A DNA stretch of 64,000 bases from contig OX638166.1 of NCBI GenBank assembly GCA_951804945.1, positions 38,440,001-38,504,000 on the forward strand, written 5' to 3'. Below the pieces are notes generated by a model that made no database searches, had not been told where the DNA came from, and saw only the letters and a program-made list of their open reading frames with translations. The stretch comes from Podarcis cretensis. Its lineage: Eukaryota. The number at the start of each line of letters is the position of its first letter. The first letter of the stretch is position 1. Made by a program: the position numbers and the translations under genes. Positions 1-12,039 of this stretch are shown here, piece after piece.

Positions 1-963
1 TATCGATTTAAGATGTTCTAATTCCAATGTAGGTTTTGTATGACATTATTATAACTGTTTCCTAAGCCCCCTTGAGAACCCTTGTGGGGCTAGTAGACAT
101 ACCTTTTCACACAAATAAAGATACTTACAACACAAATCAAACACTGGCATACACCTGACAAATATGACTGCCTAGGGCATAAAGCATGTACTGATCTTAG
201 CTCCTTTACAGCAGCCAGCATGGCACATGACATTGGCAGAGAACAGGAGTGTAACCCATGCCAGAGGTTCATCATGAATTTCCTCTTCTTGTTGTGTGGC
301 TATATCCACGAAAAGTCCACCAGCTATATGAAGCTGTGGCAGTAGTTTAAAAACAAAAAACTAAACAAACAAAAATGTGATGCTGAAAAAATGCACCCTG
401 ACCCCCCAAGAGTCATGCTGTGACTCCTTTTTCTAGACCTAGCCTAATCCCATTATATCTCTATACAGAAGTTGCTGAACTACAAATTCCATCATGTCTG
501 ACCACTGGCTATGCTGTGCCTGATGGGAGTTGGAGTCCAACATCAGGAGAACTACCAGCCCCTATATGCTCCACTCCTCTTCCAGAGCTAGGGACAGAAA
601 TCTTAGTTTTTATTAGCCTTGGTCCAAACTGCATTTCTCCCACTTGTCTGAAGGACAAATGTCGTACGGAGTTCAAGTAGAGCTATCCTCAGCATCACCA
701 CTCTAAACATCAGAGCCACCCTTTCCCAGAACTGTTTTCAAAAGCACTGCTTCTCCCACCGCTCCTCAGAAACAATCATGTCTCCCAAGAGTTGTGGACA
801 AAAGATTTTGGAGTGCTAGTTCCCATCCACCTCACAAGTCTTTTTTCCTTAAGACACCACTGCACCAGTTCATTCCCCAAAGGGCAATCCATTTGCAGCC
901 CTTTCAGTCCAGGGTTTCCTGCCTTGCTGCCCTCAAGACAGGACAAGGGGAGGCTGGCACTAC

Positions 964-1046
964 CTTGAGTGAAGCTAGTGGGTGGTCTGGTCCAAGAAGG
1001 CTCCAATGGAAGGCAGCCAAATCTTCATCTGGAAGGATGTGGTTCC
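964..1046 (-). CDS. FAM120C: FAM120C coding exon 3 (83 nt, phase 1 to 0)
   Basis: Encodes (G)NHILPDEDLAAFHWSLLGPDHPLASLK; acceptor ttttgctcccag, donor AAG|gtagtg; phase matches exon 2. The gene continues beyond the window start. Confidence 0.93.
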
Positions 1047-1225
1047 CTGGGAGCAAAAAGGGGATAATAACTGAACAGCTGCCAACAAACAAGAGGATTC
1101 AAACCCTCTGCCCCCGCCCATCCAATTTATTTCTCTGCCTTTCCAATAGGTAAAACACAGGTATGCAGAAACAGGTCTCACTGGACTGAACCTGCTAGTG
1201 TTAAGGTTCAAGCACATTAAGTATA

Positions 1226-1482
1226 AAGGTAAAGGTAAAGGGACTCCTGACATTTAAGTCCAGTCACGAATGACTCTGGGGTTGCACGGAAACGCCGTTC
1301 ACCTTCCCGCCAGAGTGGTACCTATTTATCTACTTGCACTGCATGCTTTCGAACTGCTAGGTTGGCAGGAGCTGGGACCAAACAACAGGAGCTCACCCCG
1401 TTGCAGAGCCTCAAACCGCCAACCTTCCAATCGGCAAGCCCAAGCGGCACTGTGGTTTAAACCACAGTGCCACCCACGTCCC
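1226..1482 (-). mobile_element. Sauria SINE, internally deleted
   Basis: (ACCTTT)n tail, tRNA-like head, TSD acattaagtata at 1214-1225 and 1485-1496. Confidence 0.88.
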
Positions 1483-2234
1483 ATACATTAAGTATAGCGT
1501 GATGCTAAAGACTCTCCTGCACACAACACACACATATCCACATTCTAGTACAGAAGTTATAAAAATTTGCATGGAGCTACTTAATTTGCACATATTCCTC
1601 CAGGTGAAACAAAGCACAAATTGAATCCAAGCCCAACCAAGGTGGCGGAAGTTCCTAAGGAGAGCATGTCTGGAGTTATCAATAACTCATTCTGAAAGGA
1701 GCAACTTGAATTCTCTGTCCACATTCAATTTCTCTCTGTGGAAGCTTCTTATGCCAGCAACGACCCAGAAACTGCAAGCATATTTGGCTTCCATCCACAT
1801 TCTAGACTTCTGTTCAGCTGGACTCATAGGGATTGTTCTTATGGCCTTGACCAAGGCATCTCCTAAAGTTTTCTGAGGTCATAAGGTATGGTGGATCACT
1901 TACAGAACCACTTTCCAGATGCTCCCAGCCTCACTCAAAGCCTTTTCCCTGAGGAAATATTAAGCACTCATGTCCTGAACAGAATTTAAGTTCTCTCTCA
2001 TCTTCACTGCACATTCCTCTTCTTTCTCATATTGAAAAGACACACATTGGCATGGGGCTGTAGCCCAGAGGTAATGCCATCCCAGTTAAAAATATCTTAT
2101 CCAGGAGAGCTGCTGCCAGTCAGAGCAGACAATACTAGGCAGGATGATCTAACTCTGCACGGATCAGATATAGCAGAAGGCAGCTTCACATGTTCAGACA
2201 ACCTTCCAGTTTCTTTCTAGTTCCTACCAATACT

Positions 2235-2438
2235 AGTGCAGTGTAGTGATTTAGCGTGTTGCACTAGGACCCCACTCAGCCATGAATGGTGACCTTGGGC
2301 CAGTCAGTCTCTTAGCCTAACCTACCTCACAGGGTTGTGGTGAAGATAATTAAGGGTGGCGGTGAAGAACCATGTGTCCCACCTTGAACTCCTTGGAGGA
2401 AAGGTGAGATATAAATATAATAATTAGATAAATAAATA
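2235..2438 (+). mobile_element. tRNA/CORE-type SINE (Squam3/MIR-like)
   Basis: gaccttgggccagtc...gcctaacctacctcacagggttg core and AATA tail; shared with copies at 5806, 12509 and 43144. Confidence 0.7.
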
Positions 2439-2949
2439 CACAGCAGCCCTTCGCCAGTATCTGGACACATCCTAACCCTCTTTTTCTTTCCCCCAGATCA
2501 GACACTCCCAGCTTGAGTAGCACCAAACACTGAAGTTGGGGGGAAGTTGGGAGTGTGAAAATGAATTTAGCACCTGTGATCTGACAGCCCTTCCTGGGTC
2601 TCTCATTAGCTTGAGAGATACCAGACATTCCATGTGAAAAATTAAGCCAGATCTTGGGACACCCTGGGAATGCTATAGTTAGGCAGAGAAAAGACTGTGT
2701 GTGAAACAATTCATTTTAAAGTCAAGGCACTGAAATATATGCTGCTGAACTGTGCCACTGCCTACTCCTGCTGATTTAATGTTTCACTCTTTTTACAGCC
2801 TTCACAACAACTGTGGGAGGTGAGTTAGGCCAAGGGAGAGCATCTTGCTCATGGCTGCCTAGTGAGCTTTTTGCCCAAGCAGGGAATTGGACCCAATCCT
2901 CTGAAACCTTCACTCACTTCACCACTCAGCCAATCCAGTTTCAACATAC

Positions 2950-3196
2950 CGAGCAAGGCAGCGAAGATGGGAAAGCTGCTTAGCTTGAGGCCCAGCTGCT
3001 TGGCCACTTCTTGCATCAGGAACTGGTTGGTGGTGAGGTTCTTGCCATTCCAGCTCAGTTTGAGGGCATGGGAGCTATAATAGGAAGGTATGTTGCAGAG
3101 AGCATACTCGGAGTCATGGGCAATGAGCCCATGGAAACCATTCTCCCGGAAGAAGGATACCACTTCCTGATGATGATCCTCCAGGCTCTGGAACAC
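2950..3196 (-). CDS. FAM120C: FAM120C coding exon 2 (247 nt, phase 0 to 1)
   Basis: VFQSLEDHHQEVVSFFRENGFHGLIAHDSEYALCNIPSYYSSHALKLSWNGKNLTTNQFLMQEVAKQLGLK...FPIFAALL, FAM120 PIN-like domain; acceptor ttttctgcag, donor G|gtatgt. Confidence 0.95.
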
Positions 3197-3562
3197 CTGC
3201 AGAAAAGAAGGGACGAGGCTGAGTAAAAAGGCACACTGCAGCAAAGCTCTTTTTCGTGCTTTCTGTTAAGCCCACCCAGTACAGAATTCACTTCAGGGCA
3301 ATTCCTCCACAGACTCCATCTGCTTATATATGCAGGAAAGCGGTTCACTTCCCTTTGGAAGCTGAAAGGTATGGCATGTGAATATCAAAAATGTCATCAG
3401 AACAAGGTGTTTCAGTTTCATGCTGTTCTGCAAACTCTGGTTAAAAGTCAACCGTGGTCTGTGATAAATTCAGGGCAAATATAACACTAAAGAGGACGGA
3501 GGAGAATTAGAAGGGGAAAGGGAGTGGGGAGGAAGGAGGTTCCTATCTCTTAACCATGATTA

Positions 3563-3910
3563 AAGGTAAAGGGAACCCTGACCATTAGGTTCAGTTGTGA
3601 CCGACTTTGGGGTTGCGGCGCTCATCTCGCTTTATTGGCAGAGGGAGCCGGCGTACAGCTTCCGGGTCATGTGGCCAACATGACTAAGCCGCTTCTGGCG
3701 AACCAGAGCAGCACACGGAAACACCGTTTACCTTCCCGCCAGAGCGGTACCTATTTATCTATTTGCACTTTGACATGCTTTCAAACTGCTAGGTTGGCAG
3801 AAGCTGGGACCAGACAACGGGCGCTCGCCCCGTTGCGAGGATTCGAACCGCCAACCTTCTGATTGGCAAGTCCTAGGCTCTGTGGTTTAACCCACAGCGC
3901 CACCCGCACC
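3563..3910 (-). mobile_element. Sauria SINE, full length
   Basis: Homologous to the other four copies; TSD ccatgatta at 3554-3562 and 3911-3919. Confidence 0.9.
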
Positions 3911-5805
3911 CCATGATTAGGAGGTTGTAAAATATTACATGTACACTAGATTTAGGTGTTGAGAATTTTCAAGAGAGATCCCACACTACAGGTTTTATCT
4001 CCTATCAAGTGGGTCAACAGCCTTCCTTCCTTTCTTCCCAAGAAAAAGACATATAAATTACACCTTCCTTGTTTCTCAAGAAAAAGACATGATAAACATG
4101 AGAGATCACAACTATGCTGCTTTCAGGTGCCATCTGGCACCCATGAATTTCTGAGTTTTTCTATTCCCTTCCCCCTTTGGTCATGAGGTGGTGAGGATGG
4201 TTATCTGTTTCTCACTTGAAAAGTACACAGGTCTGAAGGAGGAAGCTGGAAGACTGATGTTCTTTGTCACTTCCCTTTTCAGCTCTATGTGCTTCTCAGG
4301 ACTCACAGTCCCAGATCTGACTTTTACCTAGACCCCTTGGGAAAGTGTAGTGTGTGCACTTCTATCGTTCAGTCCTGGTGGTGTGAGGGTGGAGAAGAGA
4401 AGTTATTGGAGGGCATGGCACCCACAGCACTCGCTCCAAATGTGCCCAGAGGCCCAAAATGGTTGGCACCCGTAACCTATACAGTTAATGGTTTACTGTG
4501 ATTCCCTACATATTTCTCAAGAGGGGACAGAGGCTGGAAAGCTATTTTAGTGTGAGAAAGAAACCAAGCAAAACAAACTGGAAGAAAGACAGAAACTCTT
4601 AAAAACCAAAGGTGATTAATGGCAAAGCAGCGAGAACACGGCTGTTTATAAAGTTTCAAATCAGGATTTTAAAAAACAATATAAAGGCAGATCCTGGGAT
4701 TTTTTTGACAACCCTATTATCCAACTATTGAACATTTAAGGGATTGGGTCCTGTCACAGTAATCTTAAGGCTTTATTCCTCTGCCCCAACCCAAAAATAA
4801 ATAATTTTTTTGACATTTAATGGGAAGCAAGACGTTACTCTTGCTATAAATGGCGGCCACTAGCATTTCCTTAGTGATCGTTGGTCCTTTAGCTGAAATC
4901 TTTAGCCCTTTCAGAAGAACATGTTGCAAACCCCTAAGGCTTAAAGATCCTGTCCCTGAAGAACATGAAAAGGGCCTCCTGAAGATGATGAAGAATTTGC
5001 TAGGGAGGGTTAATGGATAAAATGATGGAATTCGTTCCTACAAGACACGGTGATGGTTCACTAGCTCAATTAGCTTGTATAAACTATTTTTTGTCAAATT
5101 CACGGAGAATATGACCATCCATACTCACATCCATGATAAATACCTTTGATATTCAGAGGCATAAAACCTACTGAATACCAGGAGCAAGCCATCACCTGTG
5201 TGTTCCCAAAGACTAGGCTGGTTGCTAGACTACATAGACATCAGGCTGATTCAGCAAAGTTGGCTGCCTTCTCCCACCTGCAATTTTGGAAATTTAACTT
5301 CATTGGATCAGAAATTGAAGTGTGTCTCTGCTTCTCCTGCCGCCTCTCAAACATCTGTCAATTATTATTTTTATTTGTGTCCTTTCCTGTTTCCTGCATT
5401 GAATGATTCCATGCCCACCCACCCAGTAAATACAGAATGCTGGTATTGCTGCTGATTGTCTTACTTCATCTAAGAGCTTAAATCATACTCTGTCCTTCCT
5501 TTCTTATAGATTCATTGCCCTGAGAAACACTTAAGAGCCATAGCAATCACCAGAAAAATAGCAAGACAAGTACCAACATACTGATATACAACACCTAGCA
5601 TCATCACAATCTGTCCCCACACAAGCCAACAATAAGACACAATAATTTCAGGACAGTGTTAGAACTTCACCAGGCGCCAGGTGTGTTTTGTGACTGGAGC
5701 AAGTCCAATTGTGACCACGTGGAGATCTCTGAGCACCAAGTTGGTGACTGACATCTCCATCTGGCTGCCCCTCCAACTTTCTTAAGCAGGTAAGCAGAAG
5801 AGCGT

Positions 5806-6012
5806 ATTTATTGCATTTATACCCCACCTTTTTCTCCAAGGAGTCCATGGTTCACCCCCCTCCTCAGTTAATTCCTACAATGACCCTATGAGGTAGGTTA
5901 AGAGGCTGTGACTGGCCCATGGTCACCCAGTGAGCTTCAAGACTGAGTGGAAATTTGAACCCTGATCTCCCAGGTCCTGGTCTGAGACTCTAACCACTAC
6001 ACCACCCTGGCT
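5806..6012 (-). mobile_element. tRNA/CORE-type SINE (Squam3/MIR-like)
   Basis: Reverse-complement match to the 43144 copy. Confidence 0.72.
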
Positions 6013-8238
6013 TCCTAGAGTATTTCTGCTATGGGGCACCTATATAAATTAGGAAGGTAAATAAATATGGGGGAAATCAAATGTCCCTTAGAGAAGGATC
6101 TGAAATATTTTCCTTGAAGTTTGAATTTGTTTTATTCTGGATTCTTTTATTTGCTGTTTTAATGTGTTGTAAACTGCTATGATATTTTTTTCTTTAAAAT
6201 ATAAAACAGTATAGAAATGAAGCAAATAATCATAACAAACTTCATTTAAAAAAAGATGCATAGACATTGTGTTGTGGCAACCATAACCTTGGTTTAAGGT
6301 GCCATTAGCTGATATACATGAGTTTCTAACACTGTTTCAGGACCAACCATCCACACTTCGAAAAGACTACACTCCTAAGGTAACACACTCACATGGTAGG
6401 TCACCGAAAGCCAAATTTACATTCCAAAAATGAACAACAAAACAATTTGAAAAGTTATTTCTTGTAACTAAAATCTTCGTTTAAGAGATTAAAGCCACAA
6501 TCATGATAGACAGCACAGAACATGGCCTCTGCTCCAGTACACAGCCCCATAGTTTTTTCTTTTAAGGAAGGGGGGGGGAGCAAATTCCTAGATCTCTCCC
6601 TCCCTCTCTTTTTTACAGGAAGAGAACCTTAAAAACATGAAGGGCTATTTATGCTAAATGCCTACAAGTGACAGGGTATCTCAGTATAGAATCCAGCAGA
6701 AAGTTGCCATACTTCACTGTGTATGAATCCCCATCCTTCCACATGTCTCTCTTGCTTTATATCCACACACTTACTGCTTCCAACCATTTTAAGAGCCTCA
6801 CTCCCTGCTCTCCCATGACACACAGGACTGAAAACAAAATGGTTTCGTGCAACAGAGCAAAATTTAGACACACAGGCTTCAAATGGACTTGAAGTAATGG
6901 ACTTGAAGCACTGATTCTGAACTGCGAGAGACTGGGATTTCTTTAGCGCAAAACCCAAGACCTCTTAGCAAAAATGAACAGGGAGAATGGAATGGAATGC
7001 TCAGTGGCAAACTATTAAGAACTTTTGCTCTGATTTGAGGCTTCGGTTCCCTTCAATCCATCCAGCCCACAATATACAGAAATACACAGGTCAGGATCCA
7101 AAGAGCTGCTGCTATACTAGCCCAGGCTTGGGCATGCCCAGTGGGGTTCCATTCCTCTTTTCTCTGCCCTGACACAATGAAACAGCCGACCAACCTGGAT
7201 TATTATAATCTGCTTTTGAAATCTCCCTCAGTTTTCAAAACTGCCCTGTGGTATGGAAACTAACATTTTGAGAAGCCCACGTTCAAAGCTTCTTTGGATA
7301 TATGGGACCTAATGTGGAATTGTTTGGATCCTGCCCACTGCAGAGATAACTGTACAAGACCAAAACCTAGTTGGGTTCAACTGTTTCCCACCCCTAAACA
7401 ACATACAATCTAGATTTAAAGTACGTTTTATGTCTCACTTACTTCAAATGGAATGATTTAAGGGCAGATTCAATTCTCTCTCTGAAATCAACAGGGCTTT
7501 ATTAAAAGAGTGTGCCCAATATTGTAAAACTGCTTTTCCAAATGCACTCAAAGTGGTGCTGAGAACACACTTTTTAAAAATGGGTTGATCATTTATTAAA
7601 TGAGGCTGTATTTAAAGCTCATCTGTTTCAGGTCAGCTGTTTCCAAAGCTTATTCAACTTCAGCTGATCTCCAAGCCTTTGCTTGCCAATTTACCTTTGG
7701 CCTCAGGAGGTTACATGCAGCTATTTGAGGGAATTTAGCTGAAATCCAGTATTCTCCATCTGCAGCCAGACACGTTGCTCCAAGCACGCCATACGAACAG
7801 TCTTGTTGGATCATACCAAAGGCCCATCTAGTCTGCATCCTATTTTCACACTGGCCAAGGAGTTGCTTGTGCTTCTTGTAAGTGTCTTTAATGTGTGTCT
7901 TTAAAAAGGCCAGCAAACCCATCAGGTTCTACACAGGAGATGAGCAGCTTGTTCATCACTGAACGCTGTGACCAATTTCATATCTCACACATGAATGACA
8001 GAAATTGCACTGCATTTTTAAATGACCCTAGAAGATAACCAAGTTCCAGTTCACCATGGGCATACTGCAGTTATTCTAGAATTCTCAAATGGCTATCCTC
8101 AAATGTGAAGAACTTGTTGATCAACATTTGGAAAACCCCGGTAACAGGGACCTAGAAATCACAAGGATTGGATATACAGCTTTGGGCTTGGCCTTTACTT
8201 GCTTTACACACAGCTTTGAAAGGTGTGTGTGAGAGAGA

Positions 8239-8269
<31 letters not shown>

Positions 8270-8291
8270 GGGAGGGAGGGACTAACTAATG

Positions 8292-8428
8292 CAGGCTTCC
8301 TCAACCTCGGCCCTCCAGATGTTTTTGGCCTACAACTCCCATGATCCCTAGCTAGCAGGACCAGTGGTCAGGGATGATGGGAATTGCAGTCTCAAAAACA
8401 TCTGGAGGGCCGAGTTTGAGGAAGCCTG
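8292..8428. mobile_element. hAT-type MITE (137 bp)
   Basis: Long inverted arms CAGGCTTCCTCAA...TTGAGGAAGCCTG; perfect 8-bp TSD aactaatg. Confidence 0.9.
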
Positions 8429-10483
8429 AACTAATGTCCATCTTTTACATTCTTAAATTGCTTTGCAGACATTAGCAATCAGTAATCATGACACCAACCC
8501 TGTAAGGTTGGTCAGCATATGGGAGGCTGAGACCACATAGCAAGTTTGTGGCCGAAGTGAGATTTGAACATGGAACTTCCTGGCCTCACGCTAACAGCCA
8601 CTATGTGACACCAGCTGACATGGGACAAGCTCACATACCCACTTTTCCCACTGCTGCTGCTTAATTCTATTCTCACCGCTCGGTTTTTCTCACACACATC
8701 TGCCTACAGAGACCTTTTTGATTGTCATTTCCACCAGCCCCCTAACCCTGTAAGGATCATGCAAAATGCTGTGCAACGTCTAGGCAGGGCAACTCAGGGA
8801 CTTCTCTTGGTCAATTTCAGATTTGAATTCCAGTTGCCAGAACCAAAGACTACAAGAAGCACTGCATCATACCGTGCTGTAAGGGGATTCACCAATTCTT
8901 GTTCTTCCTGAGCGTGTCTGCGTTACCTACTATGGGGGGGGGGGCTGGCGGGGGCTACCCTATATTGCCTTACATCACTTCATCTAAAGTACTTCTGCCA
9001 TTTGCCCACTGTTAGGTATGGGGAGCAAACAATCACCCTTCACAGGGCGAAATGATTCAAATATATTTTGATCTGGATTAGCAGTATAATGCTTCAGACT
9101 AGAGCACTTCTGTGTGAGCATGAGGGTGTGGGTTCTAATCTTGTTGAATGTCATTTTCTTGTATAAAGCATAGTATGCACCTTGCTCTTATACCAGAAGC
9201 CTACAGAAGCAACTGCACATCCAACTGTGTCCTAGATACTAACTTTAGGTGTTGGTCCAGTCCACATTTTTCTAGGAAATTTTCGTTTTCCTAGCAAAAG
9301 CAATCTGTATAGAGTTCATACAGCCATAGAAAACTCAACCCATGACACTTTGCTAATTTCAATCCTACAATTGTCCAGGCTTGGCTTAAATAGGTGACGC
9401 AAACACTCTTGCTATTATTTCTTATTGCACAGATGGTTACACTGCGAAGATCTGCCCAGAATTAGTCATGTTATTCTTTCAGCCAAAGAAAAATCTAATG
9501 CCAAAAACCTTGGGTTCAAGAATATTAATGAATCAATTAAAGAGAGATTACCAAAATTTAAGTACTTAAAAATAGAATAAAGAAGGAGAAGGGACAGAAT
9601 GTAACAGGCTTGAAAAATGGATGGGTAGTGTGAAAAGACACAGTACAGATTTGGTTAATAAGCTGCCAGTCACTTGTGTTAAGGAAGAATTGTAGCCTGT
9701 GGTAACTTTGTAAAAACTGTGCCTGTGGTAAGGAAGAATCACTTCCAGTTGACCAAGCAGTGGAGGTTTTATAACTAGGTAGAAAACTGATTGTTTCAGG
9801 CTGCCAATATGTCATAAATCAGGGGTGAGGAAAACAGTGGCTCTCCAGATGTCACTGGCTGGTGCTAATGGGAGATGAAAGCCATTAATATCTAGAAGGC
9901 CACATGTTCTCCACCCCTGCCCAGTGAAAACAGATGCACTTGGATGGACAACATAGTAGACGTTTTCCAGAGTTAGAAACCTCTGCAAATTTTATTTTAT
10001 TTTTTTGCAAGGCCAGGCTATATGTCAAGAAGGATGCTCCACTGCTTGATGTTTGGCTCTCAGGTGAACTACAACTGACATATTGACTTTGTCAGGAACA
10101 TAATAGTCTAGGCATTAGAATTAAAAACGCATAGGGCAAAATAAAAGGAAGGCAATAAGAAATATCAGTGGCAGACAAGGTGAGGGCAACACCTTTGCAA
10201 AATTAGTAGGCAGAGGGCCTTAGCTGTAAAGAAAGGTGCTGGAGCTGCTCGACAGGGAAGGCAACAGGTGCTGAGTGACAAGGAATTCTGAGATAGAATG
10301 AAACCTGGAAAACCATGATGGGCAACAGATGAACGGAATATAACAAAAATGCCCACTAAAATGGGAGTCAGGAAACAATTGAGCGTGAAGACGTGCAAGA
10401 ACCAACAGAGATGGTCAACGTTTCCGAAGCAGAACTCTACGAAATGCAATGGGATGCGTTTGGGGTGGTGGTGTGGGCCTTAC

Positions 10484-11095
10484 CTTGACCCGGAATCGGA
10501 TCATGGCCAAGCGGACGCAGTGCCCCAAGCAGGCCGGGGGAAGGAACCAGGCCCGGGGTGGCGGGGTCCCCTTGTTGCCCACATGCCCCGCGATGAGCTG
10601 GGCTGTCTGTCTCTCCGCCTGCGCCTTCCTGCCCCACTCAGGCAGCCTCTCCTTGCCGAGCCCTCCGTTGAAGATGACAGCCAGCTCCAGCCCGCCTTGG
10701 TAGAGGCAGGCCTGCGAGAGGGCAGCCAGGTAGCCCACCATAGCATTCCACTGGCCCCCGCACACCCAGTCCGTCTGGTAGCCGCCGTAGAGGCGCTGCA
10801 AGGCCGAATCTGCGTCCACCAGGAGCCGAGCGGGGCACGGGGGGGCGGCGGCGGCGGGGCCGGGCAAGCCGGGCTGCGGGTGACCGTAGGGGCCAGCACC
10901 CACCACGGCTCCCAGGCCCGGCGCGGGCCCGGCGGGGGGCGGGTAGCCGGCGGGGGGCGGGTGGAAGGCGGCGCAGTAGGCAGGGCCCCCGCCGCCCCGG
11001 CCCCCGACGGCCCGCGCCAGCTTCAACAGGTCCACGGGCACCACAGCCCCCGGGCAGCGCTTCTCCACGAACTCCTGGAAGCCCTGCACCCCCAT
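10484..11095 (-). CDS. FAM120C: FAM120C coding exon 1 (612 nt, 204 codons)
   Basis: Kozak gccATGG; MGVQGFQEFVEKRCPGAVVPVDLLKLA...RLYGGYQTDWVCGGQWNAM...GNKGTPPPRAWFLPPACLGHCVRLAMIRFRVK; donor AAG|gtaagg. C-paralog residues and adjacency to WNK3 favour FAM120C over FAM120A. Confidence 0.95.
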
Positions 11096-11187
11096 GGCCG
11101 CGCGCCCCACTTCCGCGACGGGGCGGGCACCCCCGGAACCAGGACCTGGCACAGGCAGAGCTGCTCCAGCTCCTGGCGCTTGGCTCC

Positions 11188-11226
11188 TCACAGCGCCCGG
11201 TTCGTGGGAATGGACGCGGCCGCCAT
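11188..11226 (-). other. Candidate upstream ORF MAAASIPTNRAL* in the FAM120C 5' leader
   Basis: aacATGG strong Kozak context, 13 codons ending TGA 92 nt before the main ATG; requires a TSS upstream of 11226. Confidence 0.5.
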
Positions 11227-12039
11227 GTTGTAGCTTTCTTCTCCTTCTCCTCCTCCTCCTCCGCTCCTCCTCCTTCCCCCGCAGCTGAAGCCGGAGCCCG
11301 TCGGGAAGTGTAGTCCCGTTTCTGCTGGTCTCTCATTAAGTCAGAAGGACCATGCGAGGCCACACGACTACAACTCCCGGCAGGGCGGGAAAGGCGCCAT
11401 CTTGTTATGATTTCTTCGCGCTTTCCAGGGGCCGCATAGCTTCATGGGACTTGTAGTCTCAGGGAAAGTTGTTCTCCGGGCCGCCAAAAAGCTGGAGTCG
11501 GCCGACTTGGGACTACAACTCCCGGTGGCCTGAGGGGTCCGCCATGTTTTTGTACGGACTGATCTCCCCCTTGTGAGTTTGCGCGGCCTCACGGGAGGGG
11601 CGGAAGTCGGAGGCTCATTGCGAACATAGACTTGCAAAGCGCCACAACCTGCAGCCGGCCTCGCGCCGCCTCATACGAAGGCCTTCGTACGTTTTTATTT
11701 CGCTGCTCGGTTTCACCGGCTCATGGGCAATGTAGTTCCCCCACCTGGAAGGAAACAACATCGCCTCAGGGTTGGGCTCCAGTAACGGGCGAAAGGCCGC
11801 CCGGAAGGGGAGCGGGTGCCTGGTTGGGCCTTCGTTGGGCGCCATATTGTCACGTTTCTGTGTCCCGCTTGGCATGCTGGGAGACGTAGTCCGGATCGCC
11901 AGGTCGAGGAAGGGCCTCAGAGGAGCCGAGGCCGCCGGGAGTCGCGCGGTGTTTGCTGGGAAGGACGCCGCGGACAGAATCAGTCGGGACTGGTTGCCAG
12001 GCAGACTGGCCCCGCCATGAGGGAAGGCGAGGTAACTGC

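Noticed and set aside
3635-3862. Short ORFs recurring at 1270, 13131, 38765 and 63446
   Set aside because: All derive from Sauria SINE copies, not from a gene family.
11096-11191. GTG-initiated 32-aa N-terminal extension of FAM120C
   Set aside because: Family proteins start at MGVQGFQ with a good Kozak ATG; no evidence for the near-cognate start.
10349-11363. 294-aa antisense ORF and 241-aa alternative-frame ORF over FAM120C exon 1
   Set aside because: Expected in very GC-rich coding DNA; no recognisable product.
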